Below are positions 46,136-56,369 of a DNA stretch of 64,000 bases, one piece after another. The position numbers were made by a program, and so were the translations under genes. The stretch's first letter is position 1, and the number at the start of each line of letters is the position of its first letter. Under the pieces are notes generated by a model that saw only the letters and a list, made by a program, of their open reading frames with translations, did not search any database and was not told the origin of the DNA. The stretch comes from Gemmatimonadaceae bacterium. GTDB taxonomy: Bacteria; Gemmatimonadota; Gemmatimonadetes; Gemmatimonadales; Gemmatimonadaceae. The DNA lies in NCBI GenBank assembly GCA_036844565.1, contig DAIUFP010000006.1:93433-157432 (forward strand), given 5' to 3'.

Positions 46136-47040
46136 GTCCGGAACTGCGTTCGAAGGATGACGCCGCGATGACGTCTTCGGATATCCTGCTCCCATGATTC
46201 CGACCAAGCCTGTGTCACTCGGCGCGCGACTCGATTGGCTCATCGGTCAAACCGGCCTAGTGAAATCCTCCAGACCAGTAAACGTCGCGCGTGACCTTCG
46301 GCTCTCGCCGCCGAACCATTGCCAGCGCCCAGTTGGTTGAGCGAGCGCGGCGATCCGGACGGACGCATAGCAGAGCGGCTCAAGCTCTACTCCTCGGGAT
46401 GGGATATTAATAATGCCGAACGGTTGGCTACGCATGGTACTGACAGCAGAGGAACTGTTCTGCCTTGCGTTTGGCCCAGACTTCCGTGAATAGGCGCTTG
46501 GTCATGAAGGAAAGTCGTCCCAGCACTCCTCACATTCAAGCTGTCTCCATTGATCAGCAGCCGAATCAACCCAGTCGGCGAGGACCTGACCGAAGACCTA
46601 GGCAGGGACCAAGTGTTGTGCGCTGGACGTGTCATATGGCGTGGGGAAGCTCCCCGTGTGCATGACGTTGAGCCCCAAGCGCTAAATGAACCGGCCGGCC
46701 GCGGAGAGGAGCGCACAGTGGTGCCTGAGTGTCGTGACCTGCTGAGGCGAAGGCCTTGTTGGCTGAGATTCATGCAGTGGAAGGCGTGTCTTGGTACAGC
46801 TCCCTGAACCTTGCACCGCACCTCATGACGGTTGTGCTTCGAATCTCTGCGCATGGTACGGTGCTGGACCGGTTGGCCGACGCCTGGATGAGCGACAGCT
46901 GGTCCGCATGGAGCCGAAGGTCGTCCGGTCGCGTAAATGGCGTGGCACACTCGACGGAAGCGCAACGGGGGACGCGGGCGGTGGCCTGACGTGACGGGAG
47001 CGGAGGGGTCATCACCGCGCCGTACTGGTCCGACGTTGTA

Positions 47041-49521
47041 TCACACAGAAAGGAGGGCCTCCTCCAGACGCTTCGTGGGAGCCGCTCGAACCACGGAGAG
47101 TACCATGGCGCCCAGCGACTCGGACGTGAACGGCTTCAAGAGAATGTGCGGTACGGCGTGTGTCGTGGCCACCAGTGTCAGCGTATCGTCGATGTACCCG
47201 GACATGAACACGAACGGCACCCCGGGAAACCGTGCTCCCACGTGGCGCGCCACTTCCGCCCCACCCCCCTTCGGCATCACCACATCCGTGAGCACCAGAT
47301 GCAGCGCGTCGATCGTGGCGCAGACAGCAACTGCCTGCACAGGATCTGCCGCCTCGATGACGTCGAACCCGAGGGCGCGAATGATCCGTGCAGCGACGGC
47401 ACGCACCTGCGGCTCGTCCTCCACGAGCAGCACAGCGCCTCGCGCCTGCATCCACCGGTCGCTTGGCGCCGTGGGCTGCGCCTCCGATCGCGCCGCGAAA
47501 GGCGCCTCGTGAGCGAGAAGCGGAAGGTACAGGGATACCGTTGTCCCTGCTCCCGGCGCGCTATCAATCGCGACGTAGCCGCCCGATTGCTTGACGAAGC
47601 CGAATACCATGGAGAGGCCCAATCCGGTTCCTCTGCCCACGCCTTTCGTGGTGAAGAACGGCTCGAAGGCATGCCGCACCGTGTCTTCATCCATTCCGAC
47701 GCCGGAATCGCGCACGCTGATGCAGCAATGTTCCCCCTCGCGCGATCCGGCGTGTGCCGCGACGAAGTGGTTGTCCAGGCGCACTTCGGCCACTTCGATG
47801 TGCAACGGCCCACCGTCCGGCATCGCATCTTTCGCGTTCACGGCGAGATTGATGATCGCCTGCTCGAGTTGCGCCGAATCGACGAGCACGGCATGCCCTT
47901 GGGTGGCCGGCACGGCGATGCTCATGCTGATGCTCTCACCCACCAGTCGCCGCAACAGCGAGCCGAGGCCACTCACGATCGCCCCCGCGTCGTTCAACGT
48001 TGGCTCAAGGACCTGCCGTCTGCTGAAGGCGAGCAGCTGTTTCGTCAGCTCAGCTCCGCGGAGCGCCGCGTGCCGAATCTCCACGAGATCCGCCCGCGCG
48101 CCGTCCGACTCATGCAGTGACTCAAGGGCGAACTCCGACGACACGAGAATCACGGAGAGCAGATTATTGAAGTCATGCGCGACGCCTCCTGCCAGGCGCC
48201 CTATCGCCTCCATTTTCTGTACCTGCCGGAATTCCGTCTCGAGGCGGCGCCGATCCGTGATGTCGAGCATGAACCCGTGCAGCTCGACGAGCTCGTGGTG
48301 GGCGCCGTACGATGCAACGACGTTTGCCTGCACGTGAACGGAGCTTCCGTCAACGCGTCGTAGTTCCAGCTCCAGACCAACGAGGCGCCCGCGCTCCGCG
48401 AGCTGTTCGATCATCGACACATGAACCGCGGCGTCGGGAAAAAGCGACGCGGTCGTCTTCGCGCACGCGTGGTGAATGGACGCATAGCCGAACAACGCCA
48501 CGTATTGCTCGTTGCAGGCGAGCAGCCGCCCATTGGGGGTGGACACAAAATTCGCCGCCGGGCTTTCCGCGAAGATGTGCGCGTAGCGCGACTCGCTCAC
48601 TTCCAGTTCCTGGGTCTGACTCGTGACTCGTCGGCGCAGGGTGAATATCCACGCTGCGACCATGGCGATGAGGACGACGATCACCAGTCCCGAGAACAGC
48701 ACTCCCAGCTTCTGGCGCACTGTCAATCCCAGGACTCTTACGTCCGACGGCAGGCGAGGCAGGAGCATATAGACCGGCACGCCGGCAAAATCCTTTCGCA
48801 GGCTGACGACCCCTGTGACGATCAGATGGTCGCCTTCACTAAACGGTCGAAGATCCACGACGGGTTGCCCGTACGCGTCCTCGAAGAGCGTGATTGCCTC
48901 TGGAGCAGCGGTCCCTTTGTGTGCTCTCGTCGTGCGATCGTCGCGCTCTGAAATCAACCCGAGACTTGGATCTCCCATGGACATCCACGGTTTCTTAACC
49001 TTCGCGCGCAACACCACGAGGTCGCCGATGTGCGCCGGCACGTCGCCGAACGCAATCGGCAGAGGTGCTGGCGAGCGACGGGGGCCCGGGACGACGCGAA
49101 CTCGGGCATCGTATAACTCCGGCATGCCGCGATACGTAGTCGCCACTCCTGTCGCCTCAATACTGTCACCGACGGAGAGCGCCGTGTTCCCGTTCCGATT
49201 AAACAGAAGGCGTCCGCCGGCGGGCGTTTGCACATACACCCGCAAGGCCGCGCTCGAGAGCGTTCCGGTGCCGATGGTGACGCGCCCGGCAATGGATACG
49301 GTGTCGGCTGTGGAGATGTCTTGAGCCGGTTGGCGGACGGCAGCGCGCTGTGCAGACGAGCCAGCCGGCGGTGAACCCGGACGCTGAGCGGAGGCGATTT
49401 GCACCATGAACGCGAGCAGCGCTAGACAACGGCATGAGGCCGCGCTGCCGATCTGGATGAGCAAGGTTTTGTCCAATGCCTGGTGATGAGCACGTCGGCG
49501 TCGACCACTCGCTGGTGGCAT
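47041..49521 (-). CDS. Hybrid sensor histidine kinase / response regulator
   Basis: Periplasmic region and TM segment, PAS-like region, HisKA (GGVAHDFNNLL), HATPase (GRGTGLGLSMV) and a C-terminal REC domain. The ORF extends to 49599. Confidence 0.85.
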   Translation of the reverse strand: MPPASGRRRRAHHQALDKTLLIQIGSAASCRCLALLAFMVQIASAQRPGSPPAGSSAQRAAVRQPAQDISTADTVSIAGRVTIGTGTLSSAALRVYVQTPAGGRLLFNRNGNTALSVGDSIEATGVATTYRGMPELYDARVRVVPGPRRSPAPLPIAFGDVPAHIGDLVVLRAKVKKPWMSMGDPSLGLISERDDRTTRAHKGTAAPEAITLFEDAYGQPVVDLRPFSEGDHLIVTGVVSLRKDFAGVPVYMLLPRLPSDVRVLGLTVRQKLGVLFSGLVIVVLIAMVAAWIFTLRRRVTSQTQELEVSESRYAHIFAESPAANFVSTPNGRLLACNEQYVALFGYASIHHACAKTTASLFPDAAVHVSMIEQLAERGRLVGLELELRRVDGSSVHVQANVVASYGAHHELVELHGFMLDITDRRRLETEFRQVQKMEAIGRLAGGVAHDFNNLLSVILVSSEFALESLHESDGARADLVEIRHAALRGAELTKQLLAFSRRQVLEPTLNDAGAIVSGLGSLLRRLVGESISMSIAVPATQGHAVLVDSAQLEQAIINLAVNAKDAMPDGGPLHIEVAEVRLDNHFVAAHAGSREGEHCCISVRDSGVGMDEDTVRHAFEPFFTTKGVGRGTGLGLSMVFGFVKQSGGYVAIDSAPGAGTTVSLYLPLLAHEAPFAARSEAQPTAPSDRWMQARGAVLLVEDEPQVRAVAARIIRALGFDVIEAADPVQAVAVCATIDALHLVLTDVVMPKGGGAEVARHVGARFPGVPFVFMSGYIDDTLTLVATTHAVPHILLKPFTSESLGAMVLSVVRAAPTKRLEEALLSV

Positions 49522-49879
49522 TCGCTGCAACCTTCGAGTATCGACCACCTGTCTGCAAGAGTTGAGGCACCTTTGCGTGACAACCCCACTTGCCCGCATA
49601 TTCCGTGAGTTATCGATTGATCAGGAGGCTACCGAATCCGTGCTGGGAGCCTTTACCATTGTTACTGTGTGCGGTAACGCGCGGTGCGTCTGTGTCAAAA
49701 CTCACTGAGCCACGAGTAAAGGCGCACGGCATGTAACCGCGTTCGCTGACACACGCGCACAAAATGATCGTATGAGAGATCACGCTTAGCGTCGTTCACC
49801 CGCCATGAACCAATTGCAAAATCCCATCGGCGGCGTGATGACCGATCCATCCATCGCGTGGCGATATCTAGTTTTCACG

Positions 49880-50050
49880 CACTCTCGACGCGCTGGCGCA
49901 TAGCTGCTGGCGCATCACCTGGCGCGCGCGACGCCAGACTCGCAAGTGCAATGGCCGGAACGTAAACATGAAGGTCAATCTGCTCAGCGAGCGGGCCCGA
50001 AAGCCGACCGCGATACTTCACAATCCCTCCGCCGCAGCACACTTGGGCCG
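49880..50050 (-). pseudogene. comM: Short third comM relic
   Basis: IVKYRGRLSGPLAEQIDLHVYVPAIALASLASRAPGDAPAAMRQRVE matches only the first ~50 aa of the repeated comM 3' unit. Confidence 0.6.
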
Positions 50051-50189
50051 TCCCTGGCTCGATATTGGGCGAGGCTAGGGGTCGGAGCATGCGCGATATT
50101 TCCCTGTCGCCGTATCGAGTATGCGCGCCATCTGCGTCGCTGACTTCGCCCAACTACGGCGGCCGCTCACGATTTGCATGCGCTGTCTC

Positions 50190-50697
50190 TCACGGCCGTG
50201 TCGGGACGGCGTCGCACTGCTCTTCAACCCGTGGGCGATAACCCAGCGCCTCCGCCACGTGATCGGACCCAATCGTGGCGCTCTGCTCCAAATCAGCAAT
50301 GGTTCTCGCCACGCGCAAGACTCGGTGGTACGCGCGCGCCGATAGACGGAGGCGTTCCCCAGCACCGGTAAGCAGACCGCGCGCGGACGACTCAAGCTCG
50401 CCGTGAATCTCCAGCCAGCGTCCCGGTGCGCGTGCGTTGCAGGCGCTTCCGCCGGAGTACCGTGCGCGCTGCCGAACGCGTGCGAGCTGCACGCGTTCGC
50501 GAATGATCGCAGACTCTTCCCCGGTGCAGCACTGCGAGAGTTTCGCCAGTGCAACCGGCGGCACATGAACGTGCAGATCGATGCGATCCGCCATTGGCCC
50601 CGAGAGCCGAGACCTATACTTCACGATCTCGGCTGCCGCGCACACACATGGCCGCGAGGGGTCTCCGAGATACCCACAGATGCAGGGGTGTGATACC
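50190..50697 (-). pseudogene. comM: Displaced comM 3' fragment (copy 2)
   Basis: HPCICGYLGDPSRPCVCAAAEIVKYRSRLSGPMADRIDLHV...HVAEALGYRPRV. I counted 18 differences in about 134 aligned aa against intact comM. Confidence 0.85.
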
Positions 50698-51178
50698 TTT
50701 TTGCGATACCCCTACCCTGACCTTTCCTAAACCCAAGCGCCACTATCCTTTAGCCCTACTTGCACTGGGCGATCACTTGCTGAAAAGAAGGCTCGACTTG
50801 GGGCAAACTCGGAAGTTTGCAGCAAGCTTGATCGGCGTTGATCCGGAGTCCCTGAAGAACTGGGAGGGCGGAAAGACCGAGCCGGCAGTTGGGTTCTACC
50901 CTCGCCTGATCTCCTATCTTGGCTACAATCCGTTGCCGGAGGCAGAGAGCAGAGGCCAGCGAATTCGTAGGAAGCGGGTCAGCCGCGGTATGTCCCGGAA
51001 GGCGGCTGCTGACGCCGCAGGTGTTGACGAAGCGACGATCAAACGAATGGAGGAAGACGTAAAGGGAATGGCCAACCGCGCTGTACGCGCGATTTGTCGG
51101 CTCCTTGATGTCGAGATGTTACGATGCTACGAAGGCCGGCGATCAAAAATGATCGTCGGCCTTTTCTCGTTGACTTGA
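50648..51178 (+). CDS. Double-HTH XRE-family regulator at the island end (copy 2)
   Basis: Near-identical to copy 1 from CDTPTL onward. The natural stop after LDVEM is lost, so the frame reads through the terminator. The start is uncertain. Confidence 0.55.
   Translation: MAARGLRDTHRCRGVIPFCDTPTLTFPKPKRHYPLALLALGDHLLKRRLDLGQTRKFAASLIGVDPESLKNWEGGKTEPAVGFYPRLISYLGYNPLPEAESRGQRIRRKRVSRGMSRKAAADAAGVDEATIKRMEEDVKGMANRAVRAICRLLDVEMLRCYEGRRSKMIVGLFSLT
51134..51170 (+). terminator. Rho-independent terminator after XRE copy 2
   Basis: ggccggcgatc-aaaaat-gatcgtcggcc followed by ttttctcgtt. Confidence 0.6.
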
Positions 51179-51383
51179 CCATGGTACCCATCGCTACTGC
51201 ACGCCTCCCTCGAAATGAAAAGGCAGCATCAAGCGGGAATAGTCGTCCCATAACACCTCCCAAACGTACGTTCTCTATTGGCCAATGACGATCCCGCCCA
51301 GGTCCGCGAAGACCTGCCTGAAGACCTGGCCAACGACCCGGGGTGGGAACCCTCGAATCAAACGCTTATGTACACATCCGCGT

Positions 51384-52457
51384 TCACGGCGACGGCTTGA
51401 ACACCCGGAGTATGGGACGCCCGCTCACATTCTCGAGCGGGAGATATACGAAATGCGTACGAGGATCGACAGCCACGGTGTGCGCGTGCGGGATGCGCAG
51501 TTCACCGACTCCACGCAGCGTGGTGCCGTCGAGCCAGAACGCAGAGAGCGCCCCTGACTCCGCAGCCACGTACAGCCGGCGCCATGTGGCATCCCATGCG
51601 AGCACGTCCGGACCGTCGGGAAGCTTGAGCGTCTGGATGGTCTTCATGCTGCGGAGATCGACGACCTGCAGGACAGCGTTTCCCTCGCTCGTGATGAACG
51701 CAAGCCGTCCCTCCTCGTCGAACGTGAAGCCATGCGGGCCATCGGATCCCGGCAGAGCGTAGCGCTGCACGATCCGTTCGCTCACAGGATCGATTGCGAC
51801 CATCTGGTTCTTCGTCTGCACGGCAACCAGGATGCAGTGCGACACCGAGTCGTACTGCGTGTTGCCGGCCTCGCCGCCAAGCGGGATAGTCGAGCGCTTC
51901 GCGCCCGTCTTCGCGTCGATCACCACGTCCGCGTCGCCTCTCTCATCCGATACAAATACCTTGTCAACCTCGGGCGCGAACGCGATACCGTCCGGAAACA
52001 CGATGTCGCCGACGCGTGAGGTGACCTTGAGCGTCCGGTCGTCGATGATCGCCACTTCGTGCGCGCCGGCGGCTGACACGTACACCTGGTGATGCGAGGG
52101 AACAGCCCGAACGCCGGTGGCGCGCGGCAGATCCATGATCTCGGTGACGACCTTGCTGCTGTCCGCATCGAAGACGATCATACGCCCGGCGTTCATGTGA
52201 TTCATGTAAATCCGGCCGGTCGCGGGGTCGACGCTCTGATAGTCGAACCGGTTGGCTGGTCCGGGGAGCGACACTTCCCGTACGAGTGTGAGCTCTGGCT
52301 TAGGAGCCGATTGCTGCGCGCGTGCCGTCGCGCGCCAGGAGGTGGGCGTCATCGACGCCGCCACGGCATAGCACGCTGGCGCAGCGGATTGTGCCACGGC
52401 GACAAGCGGCAGCAGGCAACAACCGACGATCGATGAGGCAGTGCGGTAGCGCGTCAT
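51384..52457 (-). CDS. YncE-like / YVTN beta-propeller repeat protein, secreted
   Basis: Signal peptide and repeated ...V.V.D..T.KV... blades. Confidence 0.7.
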   Translation of the reverse strand: MTRYRTASSIVGCCLLPLVAVAQSAAPACYAVAASMTPTSWRATARAQQSAPKPELTLVREVSLPGPANRFDYQSVDPATGRIYMNHMNAGRMIVFDADSSKVVTEIMDLPRATGVRAVPSHHQVYVSAAGAHEVAIIDDRTLKVTSRVGDIVFPDGIAFAPEVDKVFVSDERGDADVVIDAKTGAKRSTIPLGGEAGNTQYDSVSHCILVAVQTKNQMVAIDPVSERIVQRYALPGSDGPHGFTFDEEGRLAFITSEGNAVLQVVDLRSMKTIQTLKLPDGPDVLAWDATWRRLYVAAESGALSAFWLDGTTLRGVGELRIPHAHTVAVDPRTHFVYLPLENVSGRPILRVFKPSP

Positions 52458-53107
52458 GGTTCGAGGGGGCTTGCGGTGAGGTCATCAAACAGTGTGTACG
52501 AGTCGGCTTTCGTCCACACGCCGACCTTCCCCGGCGCCGTGAACCGCGAGTCGTGCGCGTCCATCAGCTTCTTTCCGTTGAAATACACGTCGATGTGGTC
52601 GCCTCGCATGTCGGCACGGAGGGAGTGCCAAACGCCAGACGGGACCTTCACAGCGACGCACTTCGCCTCGACTCGACGACCGTTTTGCACGTAATACCAG
52701 CAGACGTTGTCTTCGAGGGCATTCGCTCGTGTGAGGTAGTAGTTGTTCTCGTCCACGTATCGCCAGACGATGCCGCACGCACGATCGACGCGGCCGCCGA
52801 CCGGTTTGCAGCGGACCGAAACGCTGACGTCGCCGAACGACGGCGAGTTCGCCGCCGCAACGGGAAAGCGGTAGTCGGTGCCATCACTGTCCTCCTGCGC
52901 GAGCACATTCGGTCCGCTCGGCGCGTCTGCGACTGCGCGTACCACCCAGTGGCCGGTGCGACCAGATCCGGTGCGACCGAGTGAGAATCCCGGTGGAGCA
53001 GTTCCCGCGGCGGCGCTGTCAAAATTCCAGGTCTTTGGCGCTTGGTCGACGCCAAATGAAAGAGCGGCAACACAAAGCCAGATTGGCGACAGTGGGACGG
53101 ATCTCAT
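52454..53107 (-). CDS. Secreted LamG / DUF1080-like (concanavalin-like) domain protein
   Basis: W.F...G..P.GF..., CGIVWRYVDENNYYLTRANALEDN and GKVGVWTKADSYTLFDDL. Confidence 0.55.
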   Translation of the reverse strand: MRSVPLSPIWLCVAALSFGVDQAPKTWNFDSAAAGTAPPGFSLGRTGSGRTGHWVVRAVADAPSGPNVLAQEDSDGTDYRFPVAAANSPSFGDVSVSVRCKPVGGRVDRACGIVWRYVDENNYYLTRANALEDNVCWYYVQNGRRVEAKCVAVKVPSGVWHSLRADMRGDHIDVYFNGKKLMDAHDSRFTAPGKVGVWTKADSYTLFDDLTASPLEP

Positions 53108-53123
53108 AGCGGCTCTCCGACGC

Positions 53124-54303
53124 TCAAGTGGCGACGACCTTCACGAGAACTCCAACAACTCCTGAGGACAGGATCAACACTGGCTCAGAGATCTTCTTCG
53201 CGAAGAGCACCAAGCAGAGCGCGACTCCAAAGATGCTCCATGTTGCAACATCGATTAGCGCTCTGCGTCCGAGCACAAAGACGGCACCGGCGATTGCGCC
53301 GGTGGCCGCCGCGGTCACACCGTCGATGAAGGCGCGCAGCCGCCGGTTCGCGGCCAGTCGGTGAAACCGCCGCGCAACGAATACGACGACGACGTAAACC
53401 GGGAGAAAGACCCCGATCGCAGCAGCACATGCGCCGAGCGGTCCTGCGACAAGATATCCAATGAACGCCACGCTGATGACGACCGGCCCCGGCGTGATCA
53501 TCGAGACGGCGACCGCGTCAAGGAATTGACGCTCGTTCAACCAACGCATTTCCTGCACGACGCCACCGTGCAGAAATGGCACGATCGCGAGGCCAGAGCC
53601 GAACACGACTGCCCCCGCCTTCGCGAAATATCCGGCGATGTTGAAAACGGTGCGACCTTGCGCCTCGCCATGAACACCGGTCAGAAGCCAGGGAGGCATC
53701 GCGAGCGAAAGGGCTGTCGTGAGACCGAAGCGCGAAGATTCGCGAACGGCAAGCGTGAGGAGGCCGCAAACGGCGATGAGCCACACGATTTCCGCTTGCG
53801 TCAACGCCGTAACAAACGCGTTGATCGCCACGATGGCCCAGAGCAGACGATCGTGGCCGACTGTCTTGCGGATGAGCCGAGAGGCGCTGAAGCCAATGAT
53901 CGCGATCACGGCCGCGCCGATTCCGTAGAAGGCACCGCGCATCCAGGGTAGTCCGCCGAACCGCAGGTATGCAGCGGACAACGCGAGCACCATCACGAAC
54001 GAAGGGCCGATGAATGCGGCACCCACCACCGTTGCGCCTATGAGTCCCGCGCGTACCCAGCCGAGATAGATCGCGAGCTGAGCCGCGAGCGGGCCCCGGG
54101 GCAAGCTGCGCGAGCGCCAGTCCCTCCTTGTACTCGGCGGGGGTGAACCAATGTCGCTCTTCCTGAAGATCGCGGCGCATGCGCTCCACGAGCACGACCG
54201 GACCGCCGAAGCCGACAGTCCCCAACCAGAGGAAGTAATGCAGTAACCTGCGAAGCGTCGCCGCCGTGTGCGGCGCGCCGTCGTCCGCGGTGGAGTCGGC
54301 CAC
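53124..54303 (-). pseudogene. chrA: Chromate transporter ChrA with a +1 frameshift
   Basis: The N-terminal 60 aa (LHYFLWLGTVGFGGPVVLVERMRRD...LALAQLAPGP) are in one frame. The remainder (LAAQLAIYLGWVRAGL...) is in another. The break lies in the ccccggggccc run near 54100-54110. Confidence 0.75.
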
Positions 54304-55385
54304 TACTTGCGCGCCGCGCCGCCGAATGCGCCGTAGAGGACGTCAAAGAGCGCGTTCCCGTCCTCGATGCGATCCTCATCCCTCTCTCGGAGCGCGACGA
54401 TGCCAAGGATCAGTCGCGCAAGACCAGGTGCCTCCTCACGCCGAAATTTGGCGTCCTTACAATCGACGTCATGCACAATCTCCGCAATTTGCCGCAACGC
54501 GCTGTCATCGGGAACGAAGGTCGAGACGAGAATCTCGAAGGTGCAGGATTCGCCAACATGCGTATACTCAGCTTCGAACATATCGAACCGGAGCTCACCA
54601 TCGCGATGTGCATGCCGGACCGGATCGACAAATCGCAATCTCGGGCGCCGATCGACGAACCGACGAATGAGCCACGCGCTCGCAATGCGATCGACGTGCA
54701 CGTCGCGGCGCGTGACCCAGGTCGCTCCTACGACTGGACGAGTCGAGGAGCGCTTCGGCGCATCCTGTTCACGGCGGCGCAACTCGTGCTGAATCACGGA
54801 GAGCATTTCGCCAGTTGCGCTTTGCTCTGACGCGCCAAAGAAATCAATAGCGCTCGCCACCTCGAACCGCCGTCGCAACTTGGCGAGCTCATGCTCCAAT
54901 CTACGAGGCGTTCCGGACGGTGTCGGATCGGACTTCACGCGGCCCCTTTTGCGTTCAGGCTGTCGCGCGATCTTGAGCAGCGAGCGCGCGTCCGCGCCGA
55001 TCACGCGATACTCCTCGTTTCGAGCCGCGTCGAAGCGGGCGCGCACCGCGTCATCGGTCAGACCTTCGCCGACAAGGGATGCGTCTGACACGAAGGCCTC
55101 ACCACCACCCTCCTCGATCTCGCGCACGACCCATTGGAGGTCTTCGAGCGACTCCGCGATCGGTGGGAGCACGTACACGCTGTTCTTGATGGCGACCGCA
55201 CCGATGCGTTGAAGGCGTCGCCCGATCTTGACGCGAAGATAGTCGGGCTTTGGCGGGATCTGGTGAATGAGCAACAACCAGCGCAGCGCAGTAGATGAGT
55301 GCGCCGCCGGTCCGGTTTTCTGTTGAGGCAGCTTTCGGTGCGATCGCTTGCTTGCGACGGGCGAGGTCTTGGCCATGTATATCAC
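54303..55385 (-). CDS. chrB: Chromate resistance protein ChrB
   Basis: WLLLIHQIPPKPDYLRVKIGRRLQRIGAVAIKNSVYVLP and a C-terminal ChrB-C-like domain. It lies next to chrA. Confidence 0.8.
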   Translation of the reverse strand: MIYMAKTSPVASKRSHRKLPQQKTGPAAHSSTALRWLLLIHQIPPKPDYLRVKIGRRLQRIGAVAIKNSVYVLPPIAESLEDLQWVVREIEEGGGEAFVSDASLVGEGLTDDAVRARFDAARNEEYRVIGADARSLLKIARQPERKRGRVKSDPTPSGTPRRLEHELAKLRRRFEVASAIDFFGASEQSATGEMLSVIQHELRRREQDAPKRSSTRPVVGATWVTRRDVHVDRIASAWLIRRFVDRRPRLRFVDPVRHAHRDGELRFDMFEAEYTHVGESCTFEILVSTFVPDDSALRQIAEIVHDVDCKDAKFRREEAPGLARLILGIVALRERDEDRIEDGNALFDVLYGAFGGAARK

Positions 55386-55574
55386 AACTGTATCGTCAGA
55401 CTAAGCCAAGATCAATCCCTGAAACCATGGGCAGAGCCGGGCCATTTCGACCCGTCCATCCGGGGAGCCACTAGACACAACATCACAAGTGAACCATCAT
55501 TCAGGCTTGTCGCAGGGGCAGCGCAGTGCGCCGCTCCAAAGTGTCCCTCAATCATCGACTGCTCGGAGACAACG

Positions 55575-56090
55575 ATGCGCACCATGTCATGGATGGTCCG
55601 AGGCGCCGTATTCGGCGCGCTACTGGTATCCGGCACTCCGGTCCTGGGTCAGGAGTCGGCAAAGGCGCAGACCAAACTTGCAACCGCGCTACGCGGCAAA
55701 CACATCGCGCTGGCAACTGGCATTGAGACGGCGGCGGCCAACGGCAAACCTATTTCGGCGAAGTACGAGTACGAAGGTGGGAAGCTGTCGCTATCGGTGT
55801 ACACCGAAAAGAGCGGACAATTTTCGGAGGTGGTTGTAAACCACCACACCGGCAAGGTAGAGAAGACCGAGAAGATCACTGAAGGCGACGACCTCAAGGC
55901 AGCTCAGTCGCAGAGCGCCGCCGCAGCGCAAGCCAAGTCGTCGCTCGCTTCCGCACTGTCAAAGGCCCTCTCCGCGAACAAGGGATACAGCGGGGTGAGT
56001 GCAACGGCGACACTCAAGAACGGCCAGCCAACCGCCGAGATCACGCTGATCAAGGGATCGGAGTTCAAGATGGTTACGGAACCGTTCTGA
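55575..56090 (+). CDS. Secreted PepSY-domain protein
   Basis: Signal peptide and two PepSY-like units (...GKPISAKYEYEGGKLSLSVYT..., ...ATLKNGQPTAEITLIKG). Confidence 0.6.
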   Translation: MRTMSWMVRGAVFGALLVSGTPVLGQESAKAQTKLATALRGKHIALATGIETAAANGKPISAKYEYEGGKLSLSVYTEKSGQFSEVVVNHHTGKVEKTEKITEGDDLKAAQSQSAAAAQAKSSLASALSKALSANKGYSGVSATATLKNGQPTAEITLIKGSEFKMVTEPF

Positions 56091-56369
56091 AAGGCCACGC
56101 ATGGAAGGCGTGCGCTGCCGCGGTAGGCGTCTTTCTTCCGGTCTACGTCGTTGGCGTGTTTGTCGCGCGGTGGTTTCTTCGACTGGCCAATCGCGATGTC
56201 CACGACGCGCGGTTTACGGCGCCCGGAAGAGTCGGCGTATGGACAAAGGCGGATTCGCATACGCTGTTCGATGATCTCACGGCCGCCCCTCTTAAACCAT
56301 GATCCGCTACTACGTTGTCTCCACGATCGCCCCGTAACTCGTCCGCAGCCCAGTCACTCGAGGTGTACC

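Larger units (their letters stand above)
45666..50697. mobile_element. Inferred older comM-targeted island B (XRE, decayed spacer, hybrid kinase, its own comM 3' unit)
   Basis: It is bounded by relic junctions at the same NPCxCG point (45665 and 50697). No integrase gene is present. Confidence 0.4.
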
